The translations under genes were made by a program, and so were the position numbers. Below the pieces are notes generated by a model that searched no databases, was not told the origin of the DNA, and was given only the letters and a program-made list of their open reading frames with translations. Shown piece after piece: positions 24,754-38,028 of a stretch of DNA of 64,000 nt. The number at the start of each line of letters is the position of its first letter. The stretch's first letter is position 1. The stretch comes from Eledone cirrhosa (taxonomy: Eukaryota), in assembly GCA_964016885.1 (NCBI GenBank), contig CAXHJY010000179.1:50382-114381 (forward strand), written 5' to 3'.

Positions 24754-25215
24754 TCCTTTGTCAGTGTTGAACAAACGAGCAACGATGGTTGCTAGACACT
24801 ACGGCTTAATACGGGATGTTTGTTTACAAACACACCGAGCATTATAATAAATGTTCGGTGAATCCATACGTACATATATATATGTGTGCAAGTATGTATA
24901 TATATATATATACATACTACTGTACATCTGTATACATATATGTATGTATGTACGTGTACATACTTATATTTAAGTAACAGCCGTACTAAGAGTGGGAAAT
25001 GAAATTTCGTTTCATTTTTTCCGTTTATATATATTCATATATATTCATATATATTCATATATATACATATATATTCATATATATGTTCTTAGTTTTATGT
25101 ATATGATGCAATACTGATTATTGGTTCCCTATTATTGATACTCTGCTCCCCAAGAGCAATGAGTGTTCATCTTGGCATACCGTCTGTGAATGCAATTCAA
25201 TTGCACCACTACTAC

Positions 25216-25259
<44 letters not shown>

Positions 25260-26080
25260 GTTTCTACTTTTGGCACAAGGCCATCAATTACCCAGTACAT
25301 TACTGGTACTTTATTTTATCGACCCCGTAAGAATGAAAGGCAAAGTTAACCTCGGCGGGATTTGAACTCAGACCGTAAAGGGACGTAACTATGCTGGAAA
25401 GATGGCGTCCGACCCTCTACCAATACTGCCAATCCACTGCCCTTATATATATATATATAATGTGTGTGTGTATGTGTATGTATGGACCTAGAACTCCTAG
25501 TGGAGTTGTAAGGGTGCTGTAGAGACATCTAGCATCTCTGAGGCATTTTAAATTTTTAAACCTGGCAAAGCTCATCCCTTTCCAAGTCTGATATGATTAT
25601 ATATAATAAAACATTTACTGATCAGGGGAGTCACAACTGGTATAGAATTAGATTTATTATATATCTATTTACATAAATATATCTATTTACACCTTCTATG
25701 ATTCACTAACATGCAGTATCTGAAAACTTGACTTAAACTCTTTCTTTTCTTTTTCCCAAGCCCGGGGTTCATGAAGCTGCTGCTTATCCCAGTTTCATTG
25801 GCATTAAGCATATGTCATTGCAGTAGTGATGGTGGTAGTCAGTGTAATGTTCTTAGTTTTATTTCTGAAACATCAGAGAACATTCTCTCACATTGTCCAG
25901 GCATTTATAATTGCAGCAGTGATGGTGGTGATCTGTTTATTGGTCTTAGTTCTATATGTATTATTTGTATGTAGATGTTAAACAAAAATGATGAGGATGA
26001 TCATTATATAAGATCATTGATTATAAAATGAAATTACCTTAAAATTTATAAACTAATAAAAACATTTTTTAAAAACTAAC

Positions 26081-26128
26081 CCATCTTTTCAGGCATTGAT
26101 AAATGACATCCTGCCATTAGTAGCAGAA
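26081..26128 (-). CDS. CUB-like secreted protein, exon 1 of those seen (48 bp, phase 1-1)
   Basis: tttttccttcacag|TT CTG CTA CTA ATG GCA GGA TGT...ATG G|gttagt; xLLLMAGCHLSMPEKM, resembling the end of a signal peptide (or containing the start ATG); in frame with the next exon. Confidence 0.65.
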
Positions 26129-27469
26129 CTGTGAAGGAAAAATAAAAATTAACATGATCAGATATAAACAGTTTTCATAAATGATAACAATACATAACTG
26201 GTACATCTATTATTGAGGATCAATACCTACCTAGTATGAATTATACTGACCACACAATGATGACATAGGTACATAGCTAGTAACATACCAAAGGATTAGT
26301 GGTTAGAGTGTTTGGCTTATGATCATAAGGTTGTGAATTCAATTCCTGGTGGAATATTATGTCCTTAAGCACAACATTTTATTTCCTGTTGCTCCACTCA
26401 GCTGGCAAAAATGATTCATATCTGTATATCAAAGGGTCAGCCAGTCATACACTATGTCACACTGAATCTCCCTAAGAGCTGTGCTAAGGGTACACATGCC
26501 TGTGGAATGCTCAGCCACTTGCACATTAATTTCACAAGCAGGCTATGCTGTTAATCAAATAATAATTTAAACCTTCCATTATAATTCTATGTAAAAAAAA
26601 TTGATAGAGCCTCTATTGATGCTTTGTTTTGAGTTGAATGAGGATTTGTAAAAATGTGCTGCAACCCCTTAATAATTAGCTTATGGAGAAGCCATGAGTT
26701 TGAAAACTAAATAAAATAAATAAAAAAACTTCAATATAAGATACTCAAAATTACCTAATACCAAAAAACTCCTTTTGCTCTCCAAAGTTTAACAATTTTG
26801 ATACCAAATTGTCTAAAACAGCTCTTGGCTCTATGATACAAAACCAGTTGTTTTAAAGTGATTTGAATTTAAACCTATTCTAATTTTATGTAAAAGAATT
26901 TTATTCAGTTATGCTCCAAACACTAGTTTAAAAATGAGATGAATATGATCTGAATACATACGTGTTAGAAATAACATTTTGTCACAGAGATTAACCATTG
27001 TATTCATGTAACATTGTTGATTTGATACTGCTCAGTTACATCAGATATTGCTGTTTCCTTGAAGTTATTGTTTTCTTCATCTGATAGTCAAGTAGAAAAC
27101 TAATTATTTATCCTTGCATCAACTCCTTGATCTTCTCCTCTCCTTGCACTTACATATTGTTGATCTCAGTCTCGGCAGTCAATGATGTTGTTATTCTTCT
27201 TATTTGCAAATGTTGGTTATAAGATGAAAATGAAATTAAAAACTTTCTCTGTGTAAAGATAAAAACAGGAGCAATAATGATAAGTTATGACAGTGGTAAG
27301 AGGCCAACTATTTATAGATTAAGGCAAGAATAAATTTAACTGACCTCACTGTATGCCTGATATCTATTTTATTATCACACAGGAATAAAAGGCAAAGTCA
27401 ACTCCAACAAGATTTGAACACAGAATGTAAAGAAAGGAAATAAAATATTCAAATATCTTTAAACAATCA

Positions 27470-27700
27470 CTCTGTGGTTTAATGGTTCTGTGGTTTAATG
27501 GCTCTATGGTTTAATGGTTCTATGGTTTAATGGTTCTGTGGTTTAATGGCTGTAGGGTTTAATGGATCTATGGTTTAATGGTTGTATGGTTTTATGCTTC
27601 TATGGTTTAGTAATTCTATGATTTTATGGTTCTATGGTTTAATAGTTCTATGCTTTAATGTTTTTTTATGATTTAATGGTTCTAAGGTTTAACAGCTTCA
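27470..27700. repeat. 16-bp tandem repeat (tggtttaatggttct[g/a])
   Basis: About 14 progressively degenerate copies. Confidence 0.85.
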
Positions 27701-27845
27701 TGGTTCTATAAAACAGAATCACTAATTTTAAAGGGTACCTATTCAAATTTAAATCTTCCAGCATAATTTTATATAAGAACCATATGTTAAGTAATCAAAT
27801 AATTTAATAATTTTTGTAAATCTCTCAAGATTCTTCTTTTAATTA

Positions 27846-28576
27846 CTGTATATACTTGAATATAGGTCAACACCCCTATTTTATATTTGAGAAATGGGCA
27901 AAAATCTAAACTCTGTTTATAAGTCAAGGCAGCTAATTATGTTTAGATGATATAGTTTTAAAATTCCCATGAATATAAAATATATTTATGGAGTTTTAAT
28001 AGTCATTTAGAATATAGTTTTTGTTTCCCAACTCCATTATGTAATGATTTTTTTTTACTATTTCATCTGTTTTATAGTTTCAACAAATTTCTCGAATTTT
28101 TGTTTAATTCCATCCACTCTTGAATAAGAGAACACTATAGGGATTCATAAAGTAGGAGAGGGAGGTAGAGCCAACAAGCGAGAGAGTGAGATAAAAGAGA
28201 GAGAGAGAGAGAGCAATAAAATACAAGTCAGAATACAGTAAGATTGAAAATAAAAGTATTAAATCAGAGAAAAACAGTCAGCCTGCATGTATGTGTGCAT
28301 GCAAGTATAGGATATTTATGTTTTAAAAAGTTCAAATTATAAAAAATTATTGGAAATATTTTCAAGGGAACGCATAAATGGCACCAAAGATAATGAAGTA
28401 AAAAAAAAACAATGTTTTATTGTAAAATAATCACTCCAGATATTTTAGCCCCTTATTTAAATAGAATTTGAAGTTGATGAAAATTGGCAAAATATTGGCC
28501 TCAAATATAAGCTGACCATTTTACCAGCGATTTTTTTTTGTCACATATTTCTCAGCTTAGGCACTAGTATATATGG
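27846..28576. mobile_element. Non-autonomous Tc2/pogo-type DNA transposon
   Basis: TA|ctgtatatacttgaatataggtc ... ctcagcttaggcactagtatatatgg|TA (degenerate CCGTATATACT TIRs, TA TSD); splits a family B MITE. Confidence 0.65.
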
Positions 28577-29500
28577 TAATTAAAATAGAATGCATTTCAT
28601 TAGAAATATGGTTTTCAACGGTTTAAACCTAGAAAGTCCCATCCTTCTCCATGTCTGACCACAGCCAACTTCTTCAATAGAGGAAGGGAGATAGAAGGGC
28701 AGAAGTATCACCCTTAGTACTTCTAGTATTTATCGACCTGGAAAGGATAAAATGCAAAGTTGACCTTAGCAGGATTCGAATATGGAGTGCAGAGAGTCAT
28801 CTCTCTATATATAACAATCTTTGTCTCTCTGTCTGTGTTTTCTTATGCATTCTCAAACAGCTCGACCAAATCAAATATTGTGAGTTTGTAACTTGACCTT
28901 TTGATTTGATATATATATATGGAGGTGCCACGGCAAAAAAGCACCCAGCACTCACTGCAAATGAGGTTGGTGTTAGGAAGGGCATCCAGCTGTAGAAATC
29001 AAGCCAGAATCAGTTCCCGTCCCACCCTTGCAAGCAGGGAAAAAGCAGACGTAAAATGAAATGATGATGATGATGATATATTGTTATGGGAGTGTCATGC
29101 TGCCAATAAAAAACATGCACCTGTTGGTTTTCACTTTAATTTATTATAAATTTCCGGTTGGTTGGTTGGTTCGATAACGGATGGTTGTTTATATATTGTC
29201 AAAGCTCTTTCGTCACACATTCTGTGACCTCCTTAGCGAGATGGTGTAGGATAGAACAAAGGAGAGACACAAAATAAAAACCTAGTCATATATATCTATA
29301 TGTAGCAAAATCTCTTCATACACTGACCCCAGTTGGCACCTAGCTGTCATTTCTCTGTTATCTGGATGATGTTAGTTTGTCTGGAGTGGCAGGTCATTTT
29401 GAGGTGAAAGCAAAATAAGTTCTTTCCCTCAGTCGTCTTGGAAACAACAAAGAGGAAGCCTGTAGTCCATTGCTTTACTCAGAACATACCCTTTGGATCT

Positions 29501-29535
<35 letters not shown>

Positions 29536-30119
29536 CCAAGCCACTGAAGTTCAACACATCAACAAAGTTTTGGTGAATACAACTTTAATAATACTTTTGT
29601 AAACATGCATACACATCTTAACAAATAACGTCACACAATTCGTCTGTCTTAATTTGCTCTTAATGTATTTTCATATAACTTCGGCATAAGTTATATTCAA
29701 TAAATTAGTAACATAGTGGCTTTGTGTTATCGTGGTTTTTTATATATTTCATTTCCTATGTGATTAAGGAACAATCATATCATCATTATCTTAATAAACA
29801 CTGTTACTTGACACACACAATCTCTGGTTACACTATATCAAGGACATCAAGTTTCTCGCACCTACATTCACACAACAGTAACCACACCACTCAGCAATCT
29901 ACAAGTGAGCACACGCAACAACTGAATCAACACCACAACTCAACCAACCATTCCTACCACCATTCAACCCGCTATATAACTAGGCCACCCGTAACCCGTT
30001 GGGTCACGTTCCCTTCAAAATATTTTTTTTAAATCATGTTCACTTAAAAATAATTTTTAAATAATTAAAATATACAGACATGTATATAATGTGAAATGAA
30101 ACTGGAAGGCCCATATATA

Positions 30120-30174
<55 letters not shown>

Positions 30175-33064
30175 TAAACAAATAATGAATAAACAATTCC
30201 TTATATTAAACAAAAAAAAAAAAAAAAAGTTCATATATATAAATGTGTGTGTATCCATATATATGTATGTGTGTGTATATATATATGTGGGTGTCTGATC
30301 TATATGCAAACTATTTTCCCATTATGCGCCTTTTTGGCTGTATTACATTACAGACAAGCAAGTAAGCAATCACAGACTTTTAGTATTATATAGTCAAAAC
30401 TAAACGATACTGATCAATTTTATCTGACTTTCCTCATGATTTCATACAAATGAAACAGTTCTAGTCCTGTAGAAGACATTTCTATATTAAATAAAGATGC
30501 CTATACTCTACCAACGGATTGAGTACCTTTTTTAATCGCGTTCACCCTCCGACCCCCATAATTATATGAGAGAGAGAGAGAGAAAATCAATCACACACAA
30601 CAACAATGGGCGCTAGAGTTTTCCTCTAATATTTTTTTTCGTCAAATCAACACATTCGAATCAGTGCCGCAGGTGATCGTGAAGCTAAGGCGCTGGAATA
30701 AACAAGTACCCTCACGGACATCACCTATACACACCTTTAACGAATTATGTGGCTTTGTGCCAATCCTAGAAATAATTGTTTTTACGATAGAAACGTCTAA
30801 AGTTTTAGACATTTATTATACGTTGATCACTTTATTTTTGTCCCCAATAATCCTGACAAAAACAATCCTCTGTTATAGTTGGATCTACCTGTTGATTGGT
30901 TTGATAACCCTATATAATCTTGTTTATTTTTATATCTTTGTTTTAAGGTTTCAGCAAATGAACAATAGTAAAATCGTAATAAGAAAAATACGTTCGACAT
31001 AGGGAGAAAAAGGAAGTTATTGCCATTAAGGTATATATTGTTTTTTTTGTTTTTTTTCTAAAATCATTAGGGACCACGGTGGGTATATGATAAGAGAAAA
31101 GGGAAATATCAATAGGTTTGTAATGTTTACGCCATCCCCTAAACAATTTGAGTGAAATGAATAATTATAATAATTATAATAATTATAGTTTTGAAAGAAA
31201 TCAAGTGAAGAGTTGTAAATAGTTACCTTCTTGTCTGTATTTAGGACAGTCCTGTATGTTTTATCTCTCACACATACAAGCTGTATATAGACAACTGTAG
31301 AAGTATAGTGGTTGACAATAACACACACCTGTATACAGGAAGACAACTTACTATAAGTAGGTCTACATTACCAGCTTAAGTCTGCTATGGCGGACTGGTG
31401 GCGGCGGCGGTGAGGGAGTGGCTAACTGGTGGTGGTGGTGGTGTTTGTTTATTGTCGTAGTAGTAACAGTAGTAGTGATAAAGTTTATATTGTTTACTGG
31501 TGACTTGATCGTGGAGTTATTATACTTGGTTTCTACTGCTAGCAGGTAGCACTTTTATGATGGTGGTGGTGGTGGTGGTCGTGATAGAGGTTGTGGTGGT
31601 AATGGTGACAGTGGTGGTGATGGTGACAGTGGTGGTGGTGATGACAGTGGTGGTGGTGGTGGTGGTGACAGAGGTGGTAGTGACAGTAGTGGTGGTGGTG
31701 GTGACAGAGGTGGTGGTGGTGGTGACAGAGGTGGTAGTGACAGTAGTGGTGGTGGTAGATCCAGCTTTATTTAACCTCATTATTGAGGTTGACTTTGCCT
31801 TTCATCCTTACGGGGTCGATAAAATAAAGTACCAGTAATGCACTGGGTAATTGCTGGCCTTGTGCCTAAAGTAGAAACAATTATTTAAACACCTCTGTTG
31901 AGGAGTATAAAACTCTATAAGACATTGTTAAACTATATATTTGTAGATATCTGTATTATCAGAAACAGAAAAAAAAAGAAATTGAGAAGAAAGAATGGAA
32001 TGTAAAATAAGAAAATATAAAAACAGAAAAGGAAGGGAAAGGCAAGGGCTCTAGTGTCACAGAAAGGGGGGAGGGGGGGTCTCTGGGCCTAGGGCGTTGT
32101 TCACTGCAGGCAAGACCACATTCCCATGGACAGCAACACCTGCTTCAACAGCCACCCCACCTCAAGGAGCTCCTTCCTCAGACAGGCTGAACATACAAAC
32201 AGTTATGTGATCATTCATCAGACTGCATCAGGATGCACAATTTAGTGAAGACACACATAATACTCATAAACACACTTTTGATCTAATATATGGCACTCAC
32301 ATACATACAACTTTTCCTGGTCATTGTAATCATCATCATCATCAATATAATCACCACTACGTCTTCATAGCTATGAAATATATCTTCATATTTATGAAAG
32401 TGTATCTCTTACTAAGTTCTGCTATTGTTATCAACCAGCCCAGCCAGATAAGCAAGGTGTATGTATGGTGTTGTAAGAATAAGTAACCACATCACTCAAC
32501 TGGTCTCTGACATCATGTTTCCAGTTGATCAACTCGTCCTTGGTGATAATAGGATGTAAAAGTTAGGAGTTTCACATACTCACAACCTAATCATTAGGGG
32601 GTTTTAAGTAACAACAACCTATGAGTCAACTTCATTATGAAGACATTCACCATCCAGAGAAAAATCTATGAGTAACCTCAACTTTGTTAATGACTTTTGG
32701 CTCTTCTTTCACACACTCAGCAGCAGGAGAAAAGCAATACCGCCGCTGACATCTCAGCACACTTGGGTTTTAATATATATAAAAGGAAGAGCATAGGTGG
32801 TCGTGGAGGTGTCACGGCAAAAAAGCACCCAGCCCACACTGTAAAGTGGATGTGTAGGCGCCACGAAAAAGCACCCAGCACTCACTGTAAATGAGGTTGG
32901 TGTTAGGAAGGGCATCCAGCTGTAGAAATCAAGCCAGATCAGTTCCTGTATGAGCAAGGCATGGTCAGCTGACCAGACACTGCACACAACAGGACAACCC
33001 GTCTAACCCATGCTAGCGTGGAAGAACGGACGTAAAACGGTGATGATGATGATGATGATAGTCA

Positions 33065-33235
33065 CAAAGGTTAACATCAAATACAATCCCAAACACCGTA
33101 GAAGGCAAAACACTTGAGGAGGTGGAAAGCTTCACCTACCTGGACAGCATCATTGACAAGCAAGGAGGGATAGACATGGATGTCAAAATTAGGATAGCCA
33201 AAGCTAGGGCAACTTTCCACCAGTTGAGAGATTTT
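33065..33235 (+). mobile_element. Fragment of a second RTE-type LINE family
   Basis: Translates LEEVESFTYLDSIIDKQGGIDMDVKIRIAKARATFHQL (RT motif 7 and thumb). Confidence 0.7.
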
Positions 33236-34717
33236 GATGTTCTTCTTTTTCTGCCAAAAGCCCAGAAACATTAGATTCTTCATTCTATATGAAAGTTGAA
33301 ATGTTCAAGCTCTTCCATGAACTATGGACTAATTTTTTATTGCAGACCACGGCCAGTTTACTGAGTCAGGATTTTACTCTATATAAATGAGAGAAGAGGG
33401 TGTAAAACCCCACCCTCATCTGTATATATTAAGAGGTGTGTGGATAGACAAGTCAAGCCAGATAATATGCACAAATATATTACAGGATCATCAAGTCAAG
33501 CCATTATAAAACCAAGTTGTTGTTTTTTTACCAAATCAAAAATTATACATACATATATATGTATATATATTATAGACAGCAAATTGGCAGTCATTAGCAT
33601 ATCAGCTTGAATGCTTTATGCTATTTGATCTAGTCTTCTGTGCTCCGAGTTCAAATCCCATTAAAATCAACTATACCTTTCACCCTTTCAAGGTTAATAA
33701 AATACCAGTCCAATACTGGGGTTGATTCTCTTCCCCCTTCTCTCTCCCCCTCTCCATCTCTTAAAGAAATTGGCTGTGTTCAGACTTGGTGAGGGATGAA
33801 CTCAGTCAGATTTATATACCCAAGACATATATGTGATCATAAATTACAGTATTTCTGACAGCATATCTTTATAATACCTGTTTATATTAGCTGATTCAGT
33901 TTACCTGTCAAGAAGAAAGAGAGAAATATTATTTAACTCAATGGTAGTTCTCTGATTTTATTTCATTATCTATAAAAAAAGTTATAGTTGAGAGGACTCT
34001 TCAGTTGTCTTCAAGGGCATGACAACCTTTTTAGTGTTGAAGACCAACACAATAAATGCACACAGTACATTCTGTAAAGTGGTTGGTGATAAGTAGGCTG
34101 TCTAGCTGTAGAAAACCTGCCAAAAAGTCAGGAAGTTTCTTCAGTTGCATCATAGCAATGACAACCTCACTAGGGTTGGTGCCAAGATAAATTACAGGAA
34201 CATATCTATACAAGAAGCTGGCTCCCAGCCTGTCTGAGAGGTCAGTAGCTCAGATTAAGTACTGACTTGATCTGTGAAGACCTGTCCAACCCATGCTAGC
34301 AGGGTGTCAAATGATGATGAAGTTAAGGCTACTTAGACAATTAGCCTTTTTTGATCTGAGATCAATTAATCCTAAACAGTTCATATTTTAATAAAAATAT
34401 TCTAACAATTTTATATATGAACCATATGTTAAGTTACAATCGTAGTAATGAAATAATTTTATTAAATCTGTCAAAATTCTTCATTAATTAATTGAAATTG
34501 AGTGCATTTCATTAGAAATACTTTAGTTTAATTCTGTAAATTTGTAAACCAATGTGTCCACTAGTAAAGACATTATAAACAATTAAATAAACAACTTGCA
34601 TGAAATCACATTAGCAAGACATTCTTGAAAAGACTGCATCAAATTAAAAATTGATGTCAGTTTAATACGCCAAATTTTCACAATCCACTAGTAAAGATAC
34701 TATAAACATTTGAATTA

Positions 34718-35894
34718 CCGTATTTCCCGGCATCAAAGACACTATTTTTTCTTAAAATGAGTCTCGAAAATCTACTCTGCATCCCGGAGGCCGAAGGTTG
34801 TGTTTCTCATAGACATATCCTAACTCCAGAGGAAAATTATCTATACTAGACAGTAATCCTGTAAATGTCCTCTCAATGAAATGAATAAATTATATTTAGT
34901 TTAAGTAGTAAATAAATAAAATGATTATGAAATTTTTTTAAATATATACACAATGATAAAAATTCATTCCCTTATGGGCAGAATATGGTAGATGAGGCAA
35001 CTGACAAGTGATATTGTTACATGTGTATCAATATTGCAGGTATTTTCACTCTTCAAACAACCCAATCTTAAGGGAACATTATTAAGTGAAAAAAAGAAGT
35101 AAAACTGCAGTTTGCCAGCAAATATTAATAACAAGAATAACGTAATTACTTACTCACTTTCTGTAATAGGCTTCATCCTTGATCTTTGAAAACCAAGGTC
35201 TTAACCAGTTCAAACCTGGAATTGTTGACATTAGGAGTGATCCATATAACTTCAGAAGATTTAACTTAAATTTTTTAGCACTGCCAGTATCATGGCAAAC
35301 CCAAGCAGAGGACACTATTACACAATCGGCTACAAGCTAGAAGTGATTGAATATGCCAAACAGCATGGCAACACAGCTGCAGAGAGGCATTTTGGAGCCT
35401 TCCAACTGAGAAAATGATCCGCTACTGGAGGAAACAAGAGGACCTGTTGAAGCGTTCATCGAAACTTAAAAGTAATCTGCATCAGTCTGCAGCTAAGTGG
35501 CCAGAACTGGAGCACATAACGGTAGGCATAAACTTTGAGAGTAAACTTATCATACTATGTCTCTGTACTGTCTCATAAAATAAATTGGTAAGGTAGGTGA
35601 GTGTTGCCTTTTGTTAGTTTTACAGACATAAGCGTGTGGTCTCAACAGTAGACAGTCATGATTAGCTAACATATGGGATAACCCAAATAAGGGTTAGGGC
35701 GAACAGCCAAAATAAATGCTAGGAACATTCAAAGTAGTGTATTGGAGGTTACAGTGATATCTTTTCATGCATCTGTAAAAGTAACACGACTCCAAGTGCT
35801 GGGACTTTATTTTTATGTTTACTATTTTTTTCTTTTGTTGTCAAAATAGGGGTGTGTCCTTGAGGACAAAACGTCTTTGACAGCCGGAATATGG
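34718..35894 (+). mobile_element. Tc2/pogo (POGK-related) DNA transposon, internally deleted
   Basis: TA|CCGTATTTCCCGGCATCAAAGAC...GTCTTTGACAGCCGGAATATGG|TA; from 35292 MANPSRGHYYTIGYKLEVIEYAKQHGNTAAERHFG / PTEKMIRYWRKQE..KWPELE (Brinker-type HTH, frameshifted); no DDE domain. Confidence 0.85.
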
Positions 35895-37323
35895 TAACTA
35901 ACTTGTTTTTATATATTTTCTACTAAATCATTACGGGAAATAAAGAGTTAAGGTGGCAAATTGACAGAACTTCACATCAAGAGGATTTGAACTTAAAACA
36001 GGGAGGGTTGAAATGAATAACGTAAAACAGTCTATCCAACTTCCTAATGACTGTCAATTTGCTACCTTATAATTAGCAGCACTACCATAATAATCATCCT
36101 TGTTATTTTATTTTTCACATACCTGTTTGACTACAATCACCTCAACCACCTAGAATTAGAAAAGTTGAGTCACAAATATACAACCACCATCACCACTAAC
36201 ACCACCATCACCATAACCACCACCATCATCATCACCACCACAACTATCAGCAACACAGCCACGACCATTACCATCATCACCACTACCACCACAACCACCA
36301 TTACCACCTCCATCATCACAACAATCATCACCACCACAACTATCAGCAACACAACCACGACCATTACCATCATCACACTGCTGCCACATACAGTTACTCA
36401 GACAAGTAGAATAGTTGAGTCTGTAATATACTTTATGGTTAGTTTGGAATAAACCAGCTAAGAATAACCTCTAGTTAAGTGTCAGACTAACATAATATAA
36501 TGAACTAAATCAAATATTTACTTAATTAAAATTACACCTGTAATGAAGTGAGAAAAACCATTGGCTTTAATGACAATTCTTTCCTAAAATGGTAAGGGAG
36601 ACAACTTTGAAATCCAAATTGATTAAAAATTGCAGTGGTGAGTGAATCTGATCAAGTATAGTGACAAATCAGTACATGTTTCAATCATATAAAGCCTCCG
36701 CAGCAAAGCATCGTCTTAATCATACTTACCAAATACTAGATTGACTGAGAGAATAATGATTTTTAGTGAAAGACGTTCACTGATTACGTAATTTAAAATA
36801 ATATGAGAAAATTTCCCAGGGATGACTTCTGCATAAGGAACATATAGATTAATATACAGGAGTGAGTTAGAAAAATGATTTCATCATCATCATCGTTTTT
36901 ACATCGAATTTTCCATGCTGCCATAGGTTGAATAAGACTTTTTGAGGCAGGGTTTTACAGCAAGTCGCCCTTCCTGACACCAACCCTCTTAGTGTACCGA
37001 TTCTGAATTCAGAGATACACATGGCATAGCATCAGACACCATGCTTTGCGGCATAGAGGTATGGCCCTTTTCGTTCTTAGTTCAAATCCTGCTGAGGTTA
37101 ACTTTGACTTTCATCCTTACAGGGTCGATAAAATAAAGTACCAGTAATGCACTGTGGTAATTGTTGGCCTTGTGCCAAAAGTAGAAACAATTATACACCG
37201 TATATACTTATGTAAGTATGTTTGTGGCTTAGTGGTTAATCCTTTCATGGCCACATTTCTAATGAAACGCCCTATATTTTGATTAATTGATGAAGAATTT
37301 TGAGGGTTTTACTAAAATTATTA

Positions 37324-37467
37324 CCGTATTTCCCAACATCGAAGACCTTACTTTTTTCCTAAAATAAGTCTAAAAAATCTACCATGTGTCCTGGAGGCCG
37401 AAGGTTTTTTTTTTTTTTTTATTTTTGGTTGTCAAAATTAGGGTCCGTCTTCAGCACCGGGAAATAT
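37324..37467 (+). mobile_element. ~145-bp MITE derived from the 34718-35894 transposon family
   Basis: First ~80 bp match its left end (ccgtatttccc..ggaggccgaagg); the remainder matches its right end (ttgtcaaaat..gtctt..ccgg(g)aaata). Confidence 0.8.
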
Positions 37468-38022
37468 TATTATTTCATTACAAAGACAGTAACTTAATGT
37501 AAGGTTCTTATATAAAATTATGTTGGAAGATTTTAATTTAAATTGGAGACCTTTAAAATGAGTGGTTTTGTTTCATAGAACCAGAGCCGGTTTAGGTCAG
37601 GTTGGTAACTAAAAGTTTAAGGTGTTCAGCTGATGAAAAAAAGGGACAGAGACAGATGAGGAAATGTAGCTTGTCTGTATTTTTCTTTTCTTCCATCTCC
37701 AGGAATACCGCACCCAATTTTCTCAGCTATTATTTATAGTCAACAACTATTACTATTATTACGGTAATTTGCATTAACCCTTTAGCATTTACATTATTCT
37801 ATATATACTATTGTATTTTCATGGTAAAAGCTTTATCTCAGATAATATCAAATCTATGAGATTTTGATATTATTTATTTTGAGTACAATATCTTAACATC
37901 AGTATGAATGGCCGGTTACAGCCGGTTTGAACAGAAAGAGGTGAGAGAATTCTGACCAGATATGGCAGGTTTAAATGCTAAAGAGTCAAGATGCACACAT
38001 ATTAAATTGATGTTTATAAGAA

Positions 38023-38028
38023 TTTATT
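38023..38028 (-). promoter_or_regulatory. Candidate AGPS polyadenylation signal (AATAAA)
   Basis: First AATAAA seen on the minus strand after the AGPS stop, ~230 nt downstream. Confidence 0.45.

Noticed and set aside
26231-26290. ATG-containing first coding exon with CTAG|GTAGGT donor
   Set aside because: The ATG frame ends in phase 2 and the phase-1 frame contains TAA, so it is incompatible with exon 26081-26128.
31520-31838. Thr-rich or Val-rich ORFs (also 36156-36452)
   Set aside because: Low-complexity (GGT/ACC)n tracts with no splice or domain support.
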